A stretch of DNA of 63,238 nt, the filler included, from Bipalium vagum (taxonomy: Eukaryota), in assembly GCA_037834085.1 (NCBI GenBank). It is 3 parts of 3 records of this genome, joined end to end, with 100 filler letters (N's around TTAATTAATTAA, not from the genome) between each part and the next. Parts side by side here need not be neighbours in the genome. Positions count along the whole stretch, not along the records: positions 1 to 30,631 come from JBBMKC010269470.1; positions 30,732 to 46,599 come from JBBMKC010141224.1; 1 more part is not named here. One strand, given 5' to 3'. The number at the start of each line of letters is the position of its first letter. The first letter of the stretch is position 1. Positions 27,684-39,800 of the stretch are shown in pieces. Below the pieces are notes generated by a model. That model was not told where the DNA came from. It was given only the letters and a program-made list of their open reading frames with translations, and did not search any database. The position numbers and the translations under genes are program-made.

Positions 27684-29731
27684 GTATTATTTGATAATTA
27701 ACAAATTTAATATTGAGAGTTTTTAATAGAAATACAATTTATAATATACAATACCAACTACCAATAATATTATTTTTTTAAAAATATTAGGAACATTAAA
27801 TTGCTTGCATCATTAACTTTTATTTTTTATTTTTATTTTTTCTCAGTTTTGTATTTTTCTAACAAATTTTTAAGAAACACTGCACTTATTTATCAAACGA
27901 AAATTCTAAATATTGAATCCATGAAATTAATGAAACACTGAAACAAAATAGTTTGGTCCATCTATTGTTTTAAAAAAACTTTGTGAAAAAAATATCAATG
28001 TTTAAACCCATTTGATTAACAATAGAAAAAAAATAAACATTAAATGTCAGCATTGTTTTGGACAAATAATCAATCCTAAGGGAACAAAGTACTTTTATAA
28101 ATAAAAAAAGTCTTTATTTAATGTAAATTAAAATTAAAGTAATTAAATGAATTATTATTTGAAAACTGATATTGTGAGAAAAAGTTTTTACTTTCGACAA
28201 AATTAAGTGCGTTCCACCACTTTTCTAAAACCTAAATCAAAATATTCTTTTTACACATGACATTTTTTAAATCTATGGATTTAATTATCATTTTTATCAT
28301 GAGAAATTTCGATTTAAAAATTCTGCGTAGTTCAAAAATAATTTTAATAATTTAATATAAAAATAAAATGAAATAATACTTAATTAAGGAGGATATGATG
28401 TTGTTTAAATCATTGCTGAAAGAATTGTGAAAACAAAAATCAATAAAGTATAATTGTAATAAAAATTTAAATTGACCAATTGAAATTGAAAAAGTAAATT
28501 TTTTAATAAATAAGATATATAAATAAATATTATACTGATAAATAAAATATGTTGTATAATATTTTCTCATGTATTAAAAGAACGCTTAGATTGAGTGTTC
28601 CGGAAAGTTGGTACATCTTTTATTATAAAAATCAAAGAAATTTTTTTAACAGAAAAATATATTTTTATTAGCAAATATAATCACCATTTTGTACAATAAT
28701 CAGTTTCCATCTTTTTGGTAATGCCATAATTCCACTTTCGAACAAATATTTATCTTTTTATTATACAAAGCTCTCCTAGTGCAATTTGGTGATGTAAGCT
28801 GTGGTGAATGTTTTATCGACCAAGGCGTTTTCTAAGGATCGAAATAAATAATACTCCGATGGAACAATATCAGGACTATATAAGCGATCAGCAATGGTTG
28901 TTTTTGAAAATTTAAGTATCTGAGTTAAAGTATCCCCCTCAGACGTACTGATATATGTTGATTGTCATCAATGAGGGCCTTTAAATCATTTTCAATAATG
29001 TTTGTTGACCGGTCATAGCGTACTTTTTATTAAAGGGAGAAATGTCTTCCTCGAATTATATATTTCAAATTGATAAATAAATAAATTTTATATGATAATT
29101 ATTACTTGACTTATATTAGGTTTAAGAAAGATTTCCAAATCTTGACATTTCATATGTGACAATCTAATACTTCAAATATAATTACTAAGCTAAATTTAAT
29201 TATTTTTTATTTTTTTAGAAGTTTTAACCTTATATTTCCAGCTTTTACTAAAAGGAAATAAAAAATCTTAATAGAAATAAATAAATGATTAAAATTGAAA
29301 ATATCAACTAATGTTGACTAAACCAGATTAAATCACATCTTTACTCAAATTCTCAAGAAAATATTTTCTTATTAAGATTAGAAATAATAGGGGTTTAATT
29401 TTCAATTGAAGAGGATTAAGGGATTAAAAATTTCCGAAGAGAAATAGTTGGTTGTAGAACAGTGGACCTTTCATTGAAATGATGATGCTTAGCAGCAGGT
29501 ATCAAATCATTTTATGGCAATAATCAGTCATTTTGAAAATCTTAGAATTTTAGACCATTGATTATCATTGTCAGGATAAGCATTTAACATTATTCAACAT
29601 TTAGAAGCTCAAGCGAAAAAGCTTTAAAAAATCGATTTACGGAAATTGAGGAAAAACTCATGAATACGTCTTCAATATACCAACAAGGAATCTCTGGAAT
29701 AGCTGACAAGTCGGGGTTAAATAACGATAAA
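11856..29731 (+). CDS. Long coiled-coil protein, 9 coding exons, 3'-incomplete (CCDC154/FAM81-like, tentative)
   Basis: Hand-spliced GT-AG exons 11856-12078, 14264-14486, 14540-14732, 18026-18198, 19541-19651, 19702-19816, 23750-23878, 27427-27551 and 29605-29731. All phases are compatible, giving 473 stop-free codons rich in E/K/Q/R heptads (MLNGFPSKY...LETRLHITEKSNRALLDEVVRL...GLNNDK). No stop before the contig end at 30631. The family name is from memory of similar proteins only. Confidence 0.85.
13630..14163 (-). mobile_element. Internally deleted mariner in intron 1
   Basis: TIRs TA|TAAGGGGACAAAAA and TTTGGGTCCCCTTA|TA. ORF 13786-13980 contains QENAHPH and LPYSTD (DNARPH and PYSPD remnants). 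Confidence 0.8.
18852..19490 (+). mobile_element. Internally deleted mariner in intron 4
   Basis: 5' TIR TTGGGTTGACAAGAAA. Reads MQDKKLHFRHILLFFF...ICKVYGDDGLSIRVCQKWLAKF...RSGAP, then C-terminal LPKRKQKCI. Right end approximate. Confidence 0.75.
20917..22308 (-). CDS. slc43a: SLC43-family (LAT3/LAT4/SLC43A3-like) MFS transporter, 463 aa, single exon
   Basis: Intact ORF with ~12 hydrophobic segments. N-terminus TAIIEMAFFSGSFFGFNSLIPAYKNEGVFSQYC...CVTQD matches the SLC43 signature. MFS motif GIILDQFGIR and C-terminal FPKKYFGTLIG present. Confidence 0.9.
   Translation of the reverse strand: MVNIKKTIIIFTAIIEMAFFSGSFFGFNSLIPAYKNEGVFSQYCDQSENNVTITCVTQDLYFGRAFLTWLMVQSFTGVFLGIILDQFGIRVLKIIGAVCLFAGSVCLAFTPKMNFLLFASGSLLSITSHCLGFVNVSLTAIIKRNGGILISVFTALFDSSSIVMSGIKYLTDFGAPLYILFICYGCIGASILLFSLIYLKSNVKDLISNNESETNAEKGTCEAVANEANQKAESIRVMYEKAVDDQFPTIRSCLFSPAFIIQVAFFSLLNFRTSFFLTQISLQLQYLFPTHPDLITHLLSISNIFFIVSLIVSPIFGFFLDKYQRDTLDYLSNEDNVSGKVVYNKINRRFLVPSCICSLLIIVASSLIFIPNQYLFYLVFLCIGIVRSTIFLMNDVYTISAFPKKYFGTLIGTIFIVSGGINLLQQIIIQFASPDSHPDIVNGLLLGLCLASFIHGLYLRFNK
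22660..23010 (+). mobile_element. Highly decayed mariner C-terminal remnant
   Basis: Reads FIFHEEKVRSH...DLGWSPL...PSDHF, degenerate versions of HDNARPH, LGWEVL and PSDYHLF. Confidence 0.5.
23950..25600 (+). mobile_element. Chapaev (CMC superfamily, Chapaev3-like) DNA transposon, decayed, in intron 7
   Basis: From ATG 24254: NPDDFCFVCA zinc-finger start, APSYVCPSC, LPFQCPAIWTE, WCLFIVSSMKSLKA, then ORF 25048-25644 with CDLKVLNFIMGLKSGFTKYPCLCCMFDSR...LPVLHIKL...SEAKLENGVFYGPDI...NKMHLL. A CAC-starting left end is likely near 23950; the catalytic C-terminus is missing. Confidence 0.8.
26030..26728 (-). mobile_element. Decayed mariner with TIR remnants
   Basis: TTAGGTTGTCCAGTAAGAAA at 26030 is inverted against TTTCATGTGGACAATCTCA near 26710-26728. 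A minus-strand mariner C-terminal remnant lies near 26110-26200. Confidence 0.6.
28590..28960 (-). mobile_element. Mariner C-terminal remnant
   Basis: The minus strand reads KYLFESGIMALPKRWKLIIVQNGDY near 28680-28755. Confidence 0.65.
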
Positions 29732-30095
29732 GTACGTGTGGCTATTTTTTCAGCTTGAACCTTTTCTCAAATTTTATATTCCCATTTTATTTTATTCTTA
29801 ATATATTATTTAGTTAAAATAGGATTTTATTTGAATTTTGGGAAATGATCTTTCGTCAGAAAATAACAATAATGAAATGAGACATGGGGTGTTGTTACAT
29901 CACCTTTAAAATTCCAATTGAGATATGCTGTATAAATTGTAGAGTGTAGATACTGTTCAGTGATTATCTCCTTACACTTCTTTTAGATTATAACGAATTT
30001 AGTCAGACCATGAGAATCTTTCATTTTAAAATCGTATTTATATTACAATGTACTGGTTTTTTCTAAATTATTAGATTTACAGTACATATTATATA

Positions 30096-30631
30096 TTAGG
30101 TGTACAACTATGAGTCCGGGTTTATTTTAAAATGATAATAAAAATTTTGTTTGCATATATATCTAAATTATATTGGATTGATTTACAAACAAAAATATCA
30201 TATAGTTAATAATATCACGAGACAGTTGTTTTTATATTTCTTGTTTAAATATTATAGCTATTCAAAATGTTAATATTCATCCCAAATAAACGAAATTTGC
30301 GGAAAGTAATTCTACATTACTTTATTGCCAAGAAAACTGCAGCGGAAACGTATCGTTTGCTTCGAGATACCTATGGAGAACAGGCTCCTTCGATGACCAC
30401 ATGTAAAGATTGGTTTTGCCGTTTTAGAAATGGCCAATATACAAACGTCAAGGAGCATGGGAAGCCACGAAAACAATGTGAAGATAGAGATTTGAGAAGG
30501 CTGTTGGATGAAGACCTGTGCCAAACACAATCTGATCTGGCTGTCTCATTAAAAGTGACTCAACATTGCATTTCAAAATGTCTGGCAGCTTTAGGAATTA
30601 TTCGAAAATTAGGAATTTGGATTCCACATGA
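30096..30631 (+). mobile_element. 5' half of a Mos1-like (mauritiana-subfamily) mariner, cut by contig end
   Basis: TIR TA|TTAGGTGTACAACTATGAG resembles Mos1 CCAGGTGTACAAGTAGGG. ORF 30267-30631 is open: MLIFIPNKRNLRKVILHYFIAKKTAAETYRLL...KEHGKPRK...EDRDLRRLLDED...GIWIPH. Confidence 0.9.
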
Positions 30632-30731
30632 NNNNNNNNNNNNNNNNNNNNNNNNNNNNNNNNNNNNNNNNNNNNTTAATTAATTAANNNNNNNNNNNNN
30701 NNNNNNNNNNNNNNNNNNNNNNNNNNNNNNN
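30632..30731. other. Artificial contig spacer N44-TTAATTAATTAA-N44
   Basis: Exactly 100 nt. The central 12-mer has stops in all six frames. Identical structure at 46600-46699. Confidence 0.95.
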
Positions 30732-32415
30732 TTAACCACAAAATGTTTTCATTAAAATTCAAATCTCAGTTTAAGAAGTTTTTGTTTTCTTTTTCTGGAG
30801 TCTCCACAATTTTAATTATTTTTGGAAATATGTTGTTCCCTTTTTTTCAAAATGTAATTTTTCTAAGTATTTTTAATCGTATTTTCTATTTTTAGAAAGG
30901 TAAGGTTTCTATTTTTAAATATTTCGATATTTTTATAATTGAATCATTTTTTTTCTTAATGCTTACAATAATATCATTAATAATAATATATTTTTTGATA
31001 ATGGTTAGGATTTTATTAAAACTCTTTTCAGAGGTCATTATTTTACATAAACTCAAAATTCATGTAATCAAACATAGAATTAACACGAGGAAATCAAAGT
31101 TCATCTAGTCGATCGTTAAATCGTGAAAACCTTAGTAAATCATGGAAACAGAGAAATTGAATTTCAACGTTACCACATTAGTATTAATTTGTTTAATGTA
31201 TTCACCATTGATACTTTCAATTCTTTAGTTAATGGTTTAAAAAGTCAATGTATTAGGTTTATAAGTTGAAAATGTGCATATTTTCAAAATTGTTAAAAAT
31301 AAAAAGATTGATAAAATAATACGTATCTATACAAGACAACTACAAATTATTGTGTGAATAGATCTCCGTAATTCTCGATGCATTTTAACCATTTTTCAAG
31401 TAGATGGAGATTTCGATTTGATTGAAAATTATTCTTTTGATTCAAATAAAATTCTATCAGTCGCAACTTCGAATCTTTTCCTCAAATAATAAATTTGTTA
31501 AAGTACATTGTTATTATGCAGTGGAGATCGGTTATTTGGCAAATTTGTATTATCCGTGTAGTTTGTAAAGACTCAATTTGTAATATTATTTATACAGTTC
31601 GGCTAATCCAGAACGAATTCAAATCAAATTAATTTTCTAATCTGGAAACATTAGGAATTAAACTATTATGTATGTAAATAGGTACCCATATCATTTCATC
31701 TTTAAAAAATTACTTAGTAGGTAATATTTTTGTTCAAAATGAATTTGCATTGTTTGATGGGTATTTGTTTGGTATTGGTCACCTTCAAATATCACAAATA
31801 AGTTTTCGTCCGAGTATATGTAGGAGTTCATGGAATGTCTGTCAATGTAGATCCAAATGGTTAATAGTTGCAATATTAAACTGGTTTTCATTGTGACTTC
31901 ATTTTTTTATATATTTATTTTACTTTATCAAGATTCATTTCAAAATTTAGATTATAATTATTAAAATTTAGATTATAATTATTAAAAATTAGTCATATTA
32001 TATTGAAATAATAATAAATAATAAAAAAAATTATTTAAAAAATTTAAATTAATAAAATTTTATACTTTTTGTTGAGTAAAAAAATCGTTAAATTTTAATC
32101 AAGTTTCACAAAAATCGTTTTATATCAAGTTATTATAATATAAAATATTATTTTATTAATATTTTCATTAAAAAAAATTGATTATAGAATTTTATGGACT
32201 GGACCGTCTTTAATTTAAAGAGAATTCCTGGAAACTGGCTTTGAGAACTAAAATCCATGAGGTATAAGTTCAAAAGAAATATTTGATGATCTTTATTAGG
32301 TCTGCATAATTTGTACAGTTGAAATATCAATTTTGAAATCTAACAACAGATGATAATTGATTTAAGATATCCATAAAATAGGTAAAGAAGAATCGCAATC
32401 TTGAAATCATTATTA

Positions 32416-33835
32416 TTATGCAACGTTTGACATCCACGAATTGCAGTGATAAATCATATGTCTCTGGATTCGACTGAGCCATTCTTTAATGTTAGAGGCC
32501 TGAAAATATATGAATTGTCTCCTTCCCACTTCATTGATATACTGAAGAATTATTTCATCTAAAGATAATTCAAAGAGAAATATTTCGGTATTGAAATCAA
32601 TATTAAAACAAAAAATAATTGTGAAATTATAAATAAAACTCACATTTTTATAATCATGAGACTTAATTAGGTTGAAAATTTTTTACTTGTGAGAATTAAC
32701 AAGAAAGGTTCTTTTTAACTGTTAAAAGTAATGAAACATGTTATTATTCGCAAGTTAACATCGTAATAAAGGTTTGAAAGGTAGACCTCCAGAAATGAGA
32801 CTGGATAAAATTTAGAAAATGAACAGTATTAATAATCCAAACACGCGATTGGCAAACAGTGTGGATTAAATGATTTTTAAAATATGATTTTATTTCAGTA
32901 AAATCACTTCTTATTATACCATTTTGGTGCCTCATAAATTTAGGGGAAAACAATAATGGTAGTATTTGTTTTTTACTTGAAATAGAACAAGAAAAATTCA
33001 TTTTTAAAACGACATCATTTCTGAGTTTGAGTTGACCAAATCCTACAATTTTGCTTATTTACAAAGCCATTAAGCCAAAAATGAGCCTCATTCTTTCTGT
33101 TAAAAATCAGTGGCACAGCTCATTTTGATAATTTTCGTCGCAATAAGTGGTCATTTGACTTTAGTTCTTGAGTCAGTTTGATCTTATATGGATGTAAGAC
33201 TAGGTCTCCGTACAAAATTCGCCATAATGATGTTTTCGAGACACCAAATTCCTGATAACGGTGCCGAATCGATTCATTTGGTTTCGTTTTAATGGACATT
33301 CTAATAGCTGCAATATTTTGTGTACACCGCAAATTTCTTTGTCTTATTGGAGTCGTAATATTCATTAGCGAATATATTGACTCAGACTTGTGCACCAGAC
33401 GTTTCCACTGATCTTTTAGTGAACGGTCAAAAATCGGTTTTAATACGCTTAATGTTTCCACAGCTGAATCGGTTTTTGGTAATAATTTTGAATTATTTGT
33501 ATTCGTTGTTCATTTTTAAATTTATGTATATTTAAAAAGGTGAACATTAATAAATGTAAGAACGAAATTTTAAAACATGAAATTAAATATAAAGTCTTTA
33601 TTAAAAAGAGAAAATGCGTCGTTTTTAATGAAACACCATCTTTATGTAGAAATGTACTTCAAAAGTAAGATAAATCTATTATTCCTATATCATTTTATTT
33701 CTGAACAGGTGTGCAGATTCTGAATTTCTTTCGCAAAAAGTATAGTACTATAGGAGTTTATTTAAGTACACCGTTTTCTGCTGGACAAATTATAAGATTT
33801 TGGAATTGTCCAGGTATATAGATGTTGTTTGATTA

Positions 33836-33898
<63 letters not shown>

Positions 33899-36800
33899 GA
33901 TTGTTATTCTTTTATTATTATTGGTATTATTATTGTTATTATTATTTTTTTTATTATTATTCTTTTATTATTATTAAACTATATATTTGTGATATTAGAC
34001 AAAGTATTATATTTTATATATAATTATATATATATATAATTTTAGTACCATAACAAAAAGCAGGAATATTGGCATAGCAAATCTTTGAACAATATATTGG
34101 TTCTTTTATGATGGTTATATAGCCATCTGGCTCATGTTGACCGACCAGTAAGACCTGAGAGAATAAATACATTTGAACTGGAAATAAACAGTTTCCTTCT
34201 TTGAGAGACACAGGTCCATATAATTCTAGATTTGGAGACACTTGACTGAAATCAACTTTTTTCAGATGACCCTGATATTGCAATCTCTTTACTATTTCTG
34301 TTCCTGAAATTCCTATTTTATGAGAATTACTACTTCCCTCTATTGGAGCAATTGTCGTAAGATTATTATTATAAAATGTGGAATTCTTCTCTAGCTCTGA
34401 GGAGTCAAAAAGGCCAATATTAATAGATTGACTTGTTTTAAAGCCAGTTTGTGATATTGTGGAATCCTAAAATATTTTTAATATTTTATTTAAGCCAGAA
34501 AATGTAAAACGTGATTATAATCCATAACATGGGTATTTTAATAATCAATAAATAACGAAATTAAAATATTTTTATTTATTATTAACAAATTTAATAAAAA
34601 AAAATAGGAAAAAATAATTTTAAAAAATTAATAAAAACAATTTAAAAATAAAATTTTAAGAATTTTGGTATAGTGTTTTATTGTTCATAGTCTTGTGAAT
34701 ATTAATAAGCTTTTGTATGGTAATCTTTACTTTGAGAAACTTTGCAAAGATATGATAATAGAAAAGTAAAAAAGGTAAAATAAAAATATTAAGGAAATGC
34801 TAAACTGAGGCAAATATTACCAATAATACATATATTATTACAAAGTTTGATAAACGAAACGTATGTGTAATTCTAAAAAAAGTTCAATATTTTGACAAAA
34901 TAATATTATACTCAGTTCATGAAGCCTTTAAAGAACAGCAAATATGAAGGGAAAGATATTGTTAAATTTTACAAATTCATAAATTTTTATAAGAAAATCA
35001 GAAAACGGATATTTTGTATCATTTGATGAATCTAGTCTTTTCACCAATGTTTCAATTTTCGAAACTCTAGATCTTTGAATTGATTTGTGGAATGAGAAAG
35101 AAAATAAAGAAATCATGGATGACATAAGTCTCCGACAGTTACTATTGTTCAGTGCAGAAATGTATCTTTTATGTTTAATAATGAATAGTATGAACAAATG
35201 TATGGGGTAATTATGGATTCCCATAGGATCAACGTTATCATCAATATTCATAGATCATTTGACATTAAAAATCTAAAAATATAAAAAAAGTAAACCACTG
35301 GCTTATAAAAGATATGTTGATGATGTGTTTTAATATTCAAAAATGAATATCACATTGATCCCTTTCGTTCATGAATGGCCTACATAAAAATATTAATTAA
35401 AGAAAGAAATGAAAAACTGCCATTTCTCGATGTTATTGTTATAAAAGGGAAAGCGAATAATAAATAAGATATATTTAGAAAAGAGAGGGATACAGGACTA
35501 TTACAGTGTATAACTGTAATCGATCTTGAGCCAGTGTTCTTGGTCCCGCATAATTATGCTTTTAATCTTTCGATTCTAGCAGAAACTATTCGAGGACTAA
35601 GACATGGACAAAGAGGACGAGAAGACAGTTAAAAAGATGACAACAACTGAAAAGAATCAAACGAAGAAATAATATCATGGATGAAGAATTGTTATATTTA
35701 TTCTAATAAATTTGGGCAAACCAAAAACTGTTTGCACTCATTAGGTTAAAATTGAATGTATTAATCATTTTTTGAAGATAATTAGGTAGTTTAAAAGTAC
35801 TCCCCTTTATTTAATATTTAAACAAATTAATTATTCTAAAATATTTATGTAATAAAAATTTTATTTATTTAAATTAAAAAACTACTTAACATAATAATTT
35901 TACATTTACAATTATATTTAATAAATTAATTTTTTAAATTAGTTTTTAATTTAAATGTAATTTTTATTAATAAATCTCAGCCTGACTTTGTAGGGCTTTC
36001 TATAATTTTGACATATAATTACTATTAAATTATCAAATATAATCTTTTTCATCACTCTTAATTTTTGAATTTCTTACCAATAATGAGTTACATAATGAAA
36101 GATAAGTCCTTAATTAGTTTTCAGGCAATTGATGCAGAATCAAAACATCATAAACATTGATGTAATCAAGTGTTCTCGAATGTTTTCCATATTTACAGTT
36201 TTTCTGTAATAAATCTTATGGAATGAGAATCATTTTTAAGCATTGATTCAATTTCATTATTCTAAATGAAAACTGTATTAGAGCGGTTTTCTTGTTAAAA
36301 GATAAATGTATATAACTTTAAGACTTTATATTTCAAAGCAATATTTGTTACTAAGACATCTTTATTCTGAATGAATAATGAAATAAGTACAGAAGAATGC
36401 TTTAAAAATTATTGACCACATGTTGGTTAACTGTAAAATAAAAGGCCTAGTGGTCTACTTAAGGTTTCAGGTTTCTGGATAGATAAAATGCAATAATTTT
36501 ATAAAAACAGTTCTAAAAATGAGAAAAAAAATAGTTGATATGCCAAAAACTGCCAAGATCTCATATTTGATAGCCATGACTTCAAAAATATTACTGGTAT
36601 TCATTATTTAGAGTATGATACGACAATATATTGTCAAAATATTTACAAGTGGTATACTTAATTTTGCCAACTCTTAAAAAACAATTTCTAAAGAACAGTT
36701 AAGTAGTTCTGAATCTAAGTATTGATAGTTCTACCCGTCCTGGAATATTATGTTAATTATCTGTTAGCTGCGATATGAACAAAATCAGTCATAGTTTTAA

Positions 36801-39800
36801 AGATATATTTTTGAATGGCTTTTTAAAGCAATAATACTTAAACAAATTTTCCATTCTTAATAGATTAATTAATATTGTGCCATTAAATTAGGCACAATAT
36901 AAAAATTCAAAAATTAGAAATCCGTTTAAATACTCAATCTGAAAAGAAAAATAAAACATTTTTCGTAATATCAAAAAATATCATTTATATTGCAAAATTT
37001 TATATTTATTGCATCTAAAAATTTTTCCCTTTCATACTTAAATTTTAAATATGTTTGGAAATTACTCAATATTTTTCCTATTTACTATAAAAGTTTTTTT
37101 ATAGGTTGATCAAGGAAAAATATAAATCCTTTCTAAATTGACATTAATCTTTGATCTTTTCTCTTTTCCCTTAAATTTAAAGTGATTAATCTTATTGTAT
37201 TAAGAAAATAATAAAATGCAATTTACGAAAAAGTTTCTTGAAATTCATAAAATTATTCAAAAGAATTAAATGAAATATTATTCCAGTAAAAGCTGTTATT
37301 AACTAAAAATAAGAATGTCAATATAAAAATACAATTTTACGAATAAAAAACTTGCAAAAAAATTAAAAATATGGATATAAAATAAGANNNNNNNNNNNNN
37401 NNNNNNNNNNNNNNNNNNNNNNNNNNNNNNNNNNNNNNNNNNNNNNNNNNNNNNNNNNNNNNNNNNNNNNNNNNNNNNNNNNNNNNNNNNNNNNNNNNNN
37501 NNNNNNNNNNNNNNNNNNNNNNNNNNNNNNNNNNNNNNNNNNNNNNNNNNNNNNNNNNNNNNNNNNNNNNNNNNNNNNNNNNNNNNNNNNNACTGCACTT
37601 AACATTTGGGAATTACAGTGTATAACTTTTGGTTCTAATTTTGTTTTTTGATTATTTTCTGACTGTGGAGCATACCCTGAATATCAATTTTCAGAATTAA
37701 TAAATTTTAAAGATATATTGACGAAAAGATACCTGTTATGAGATTTAAAGATGCATCTCGCTGATTTATTTGTGAATGAAAGCAGGGATATGTTTTACTA
37801 TTATGCATAGTCATGGAAATTCCCTGGAATGGTCTATAGGATAAATTAATGGAAGATCTGGATAGTGAGACCTTGACTGATTTTGGACACATTCTAAATT
37901 GATAAAAAGAATTTTTCAATATATTTAAGATAAAAATATAATTATGAAAAAAAAAACTAAAAATGAATAACAGATAAGGTGAATGATTGAGAACTAAAAA
38001 ATTTTTCTATATATATTTTGTTTATATATGTATATGTAAATTAGGTGCTCAAAAAAGAAACTGGTGATCAATAAACAAAGTTTTAAAATAAATTAAAAGA
38101 TATTTAATACAAAATAATATCAATCAATTATGTATTCACAATAATTATCGACGATCATCTGCCATCTTTCCAACAAGGACTGTATAACATCGGAAAAAAA
38201 TTTAGCACGCTGTTCATCAATAAAAAACTGCAAGCTCTATTTTATCTCATCATTGTTGACAAACCTTTTACCTTTAAGGAAGTGTTGCAAAATTTGAAAA
38301 GGATACTAATTTGATGACGAGATATCAGGACTATAGGCTGGTAAGACAACAGTTCATAGTCAAACTCACGGATATTTTTGTTGAGTAACTTTAAAGGTAT
38401 GCAGCCTAGCGTTATCTTGAAAGAGAATAACACCTTTTATATTGACTGAATCTGAGCAAGTTTGGAAAAGTGCATCAGCTAATCTGTTCAATTTTTGACA
38501 GTAGCAATTTGAGTCAACAGTGAAGCAATTTCAAATATAAAATTCCTTTCGAGTCCCACCAAACAAACAAAAACACATTTTACTATGTATTGGTCGTCTG
38601 ATGGTTGAAGTTGCAATCTGTTCTGTAGAAAGCCATTGACGGTGACGACCGGGGTTCTCATATAAAATCAACTTTTCATCAGAACTGACAATTTTCTTCC
38701 AAAATAGTTCTTTGGTACGTCTTATTAGATTTGCAGTTAAAAGCATGATTCTCATACTTTTACTCATTTGATAAATTATGCGGAATCCATATCTTAGGTT
38801 AGTATGACATCCCAATAAGGTGCAGATGATCTCTAGCCGTTTTTTTTTCACAAAGAAGGTTAACAGCCATTTTTGCAGTGGTTTGTCTGGGATCCGATTC
38901 TGCCAATTGCCATACAGCTTCATTACCCATATCCAACAATCGACCAATTTTCTAGAAGTCTGCTTCTATCACCACTTCTGAATTAATTAAACCATACATT
39001 GCATTAGTCTTACTCAATCCATTCTTTCCATAATTTTCTTTTATAATTGAGCAAATTTTGTTCCAGACCCCTGGTCAAATTCATACAGTAGAGAATACCT
39101 AATATGTGTCTTACCTGCATCCTAATTTTGATATTTAAAATGTATTTAGCGACGATATTATCTAAACAAATAATCGATTAAATAACCACTCAATAAATAA
39201 ATCTAAATAAATCTAACTAATTTAATATCAAATAAGTGCAGTACTTTTAAAATGGCCTCTTTCTTTTCGGGACACCTAATATTTTTTAAATTTCATATCT
39301 TCTAAATTTAAATATTATTCCTAAAATTGCTCATCATTATTAAGTTTATGTTGCATATTTATTTTTCTTTGAAAGAAACTTACCGAAACATTCGAACTAC
39401 AGTTTCAGTTGAAGATTGGGACACATTAAAGTTGTCGATTTTCATTATCATGTCTCCGGGATGAATTCCGACAAGTTCTGCTGAAGAATCAGGATCGACT
39501 TGACTGACATAGACTGGTGATCCTCCACAGAGAGTGAATCCAAACCCTCTTAATCCTTTTACCAATTTAACCTATGAATGTTTTTATTAATTTTCAAACC
39601 AGTTTGATTTAGTTTAATATCTTTTTCTAACTTATTCGAAATTATTATTATTTGACTCATAATTATAAAGAAAAAATTGAAAATTTTCATGAAATTTACA
39701 CCAGTACAACTGCTTATTTTATCGCCATGGCTTCAATTTATATTCAATAATAATACAATGCCGTGCCCAGAGGAATAGTTAAAAATTAATAATAAAAAAT

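Noticed and set aside
30676-30687. Conserved palindrome TTAATTAATTAA seen twice
   Set aside because: It is an assembly linker flanked by exactly 44 N on each side.
31330-31891. Signal-peptide-like ORF 31691-31891 and a downstream frame ending LLEKWLKCIE
   Set aside because: Interrupted by stops, with no usable splice chain and no recognisable family.
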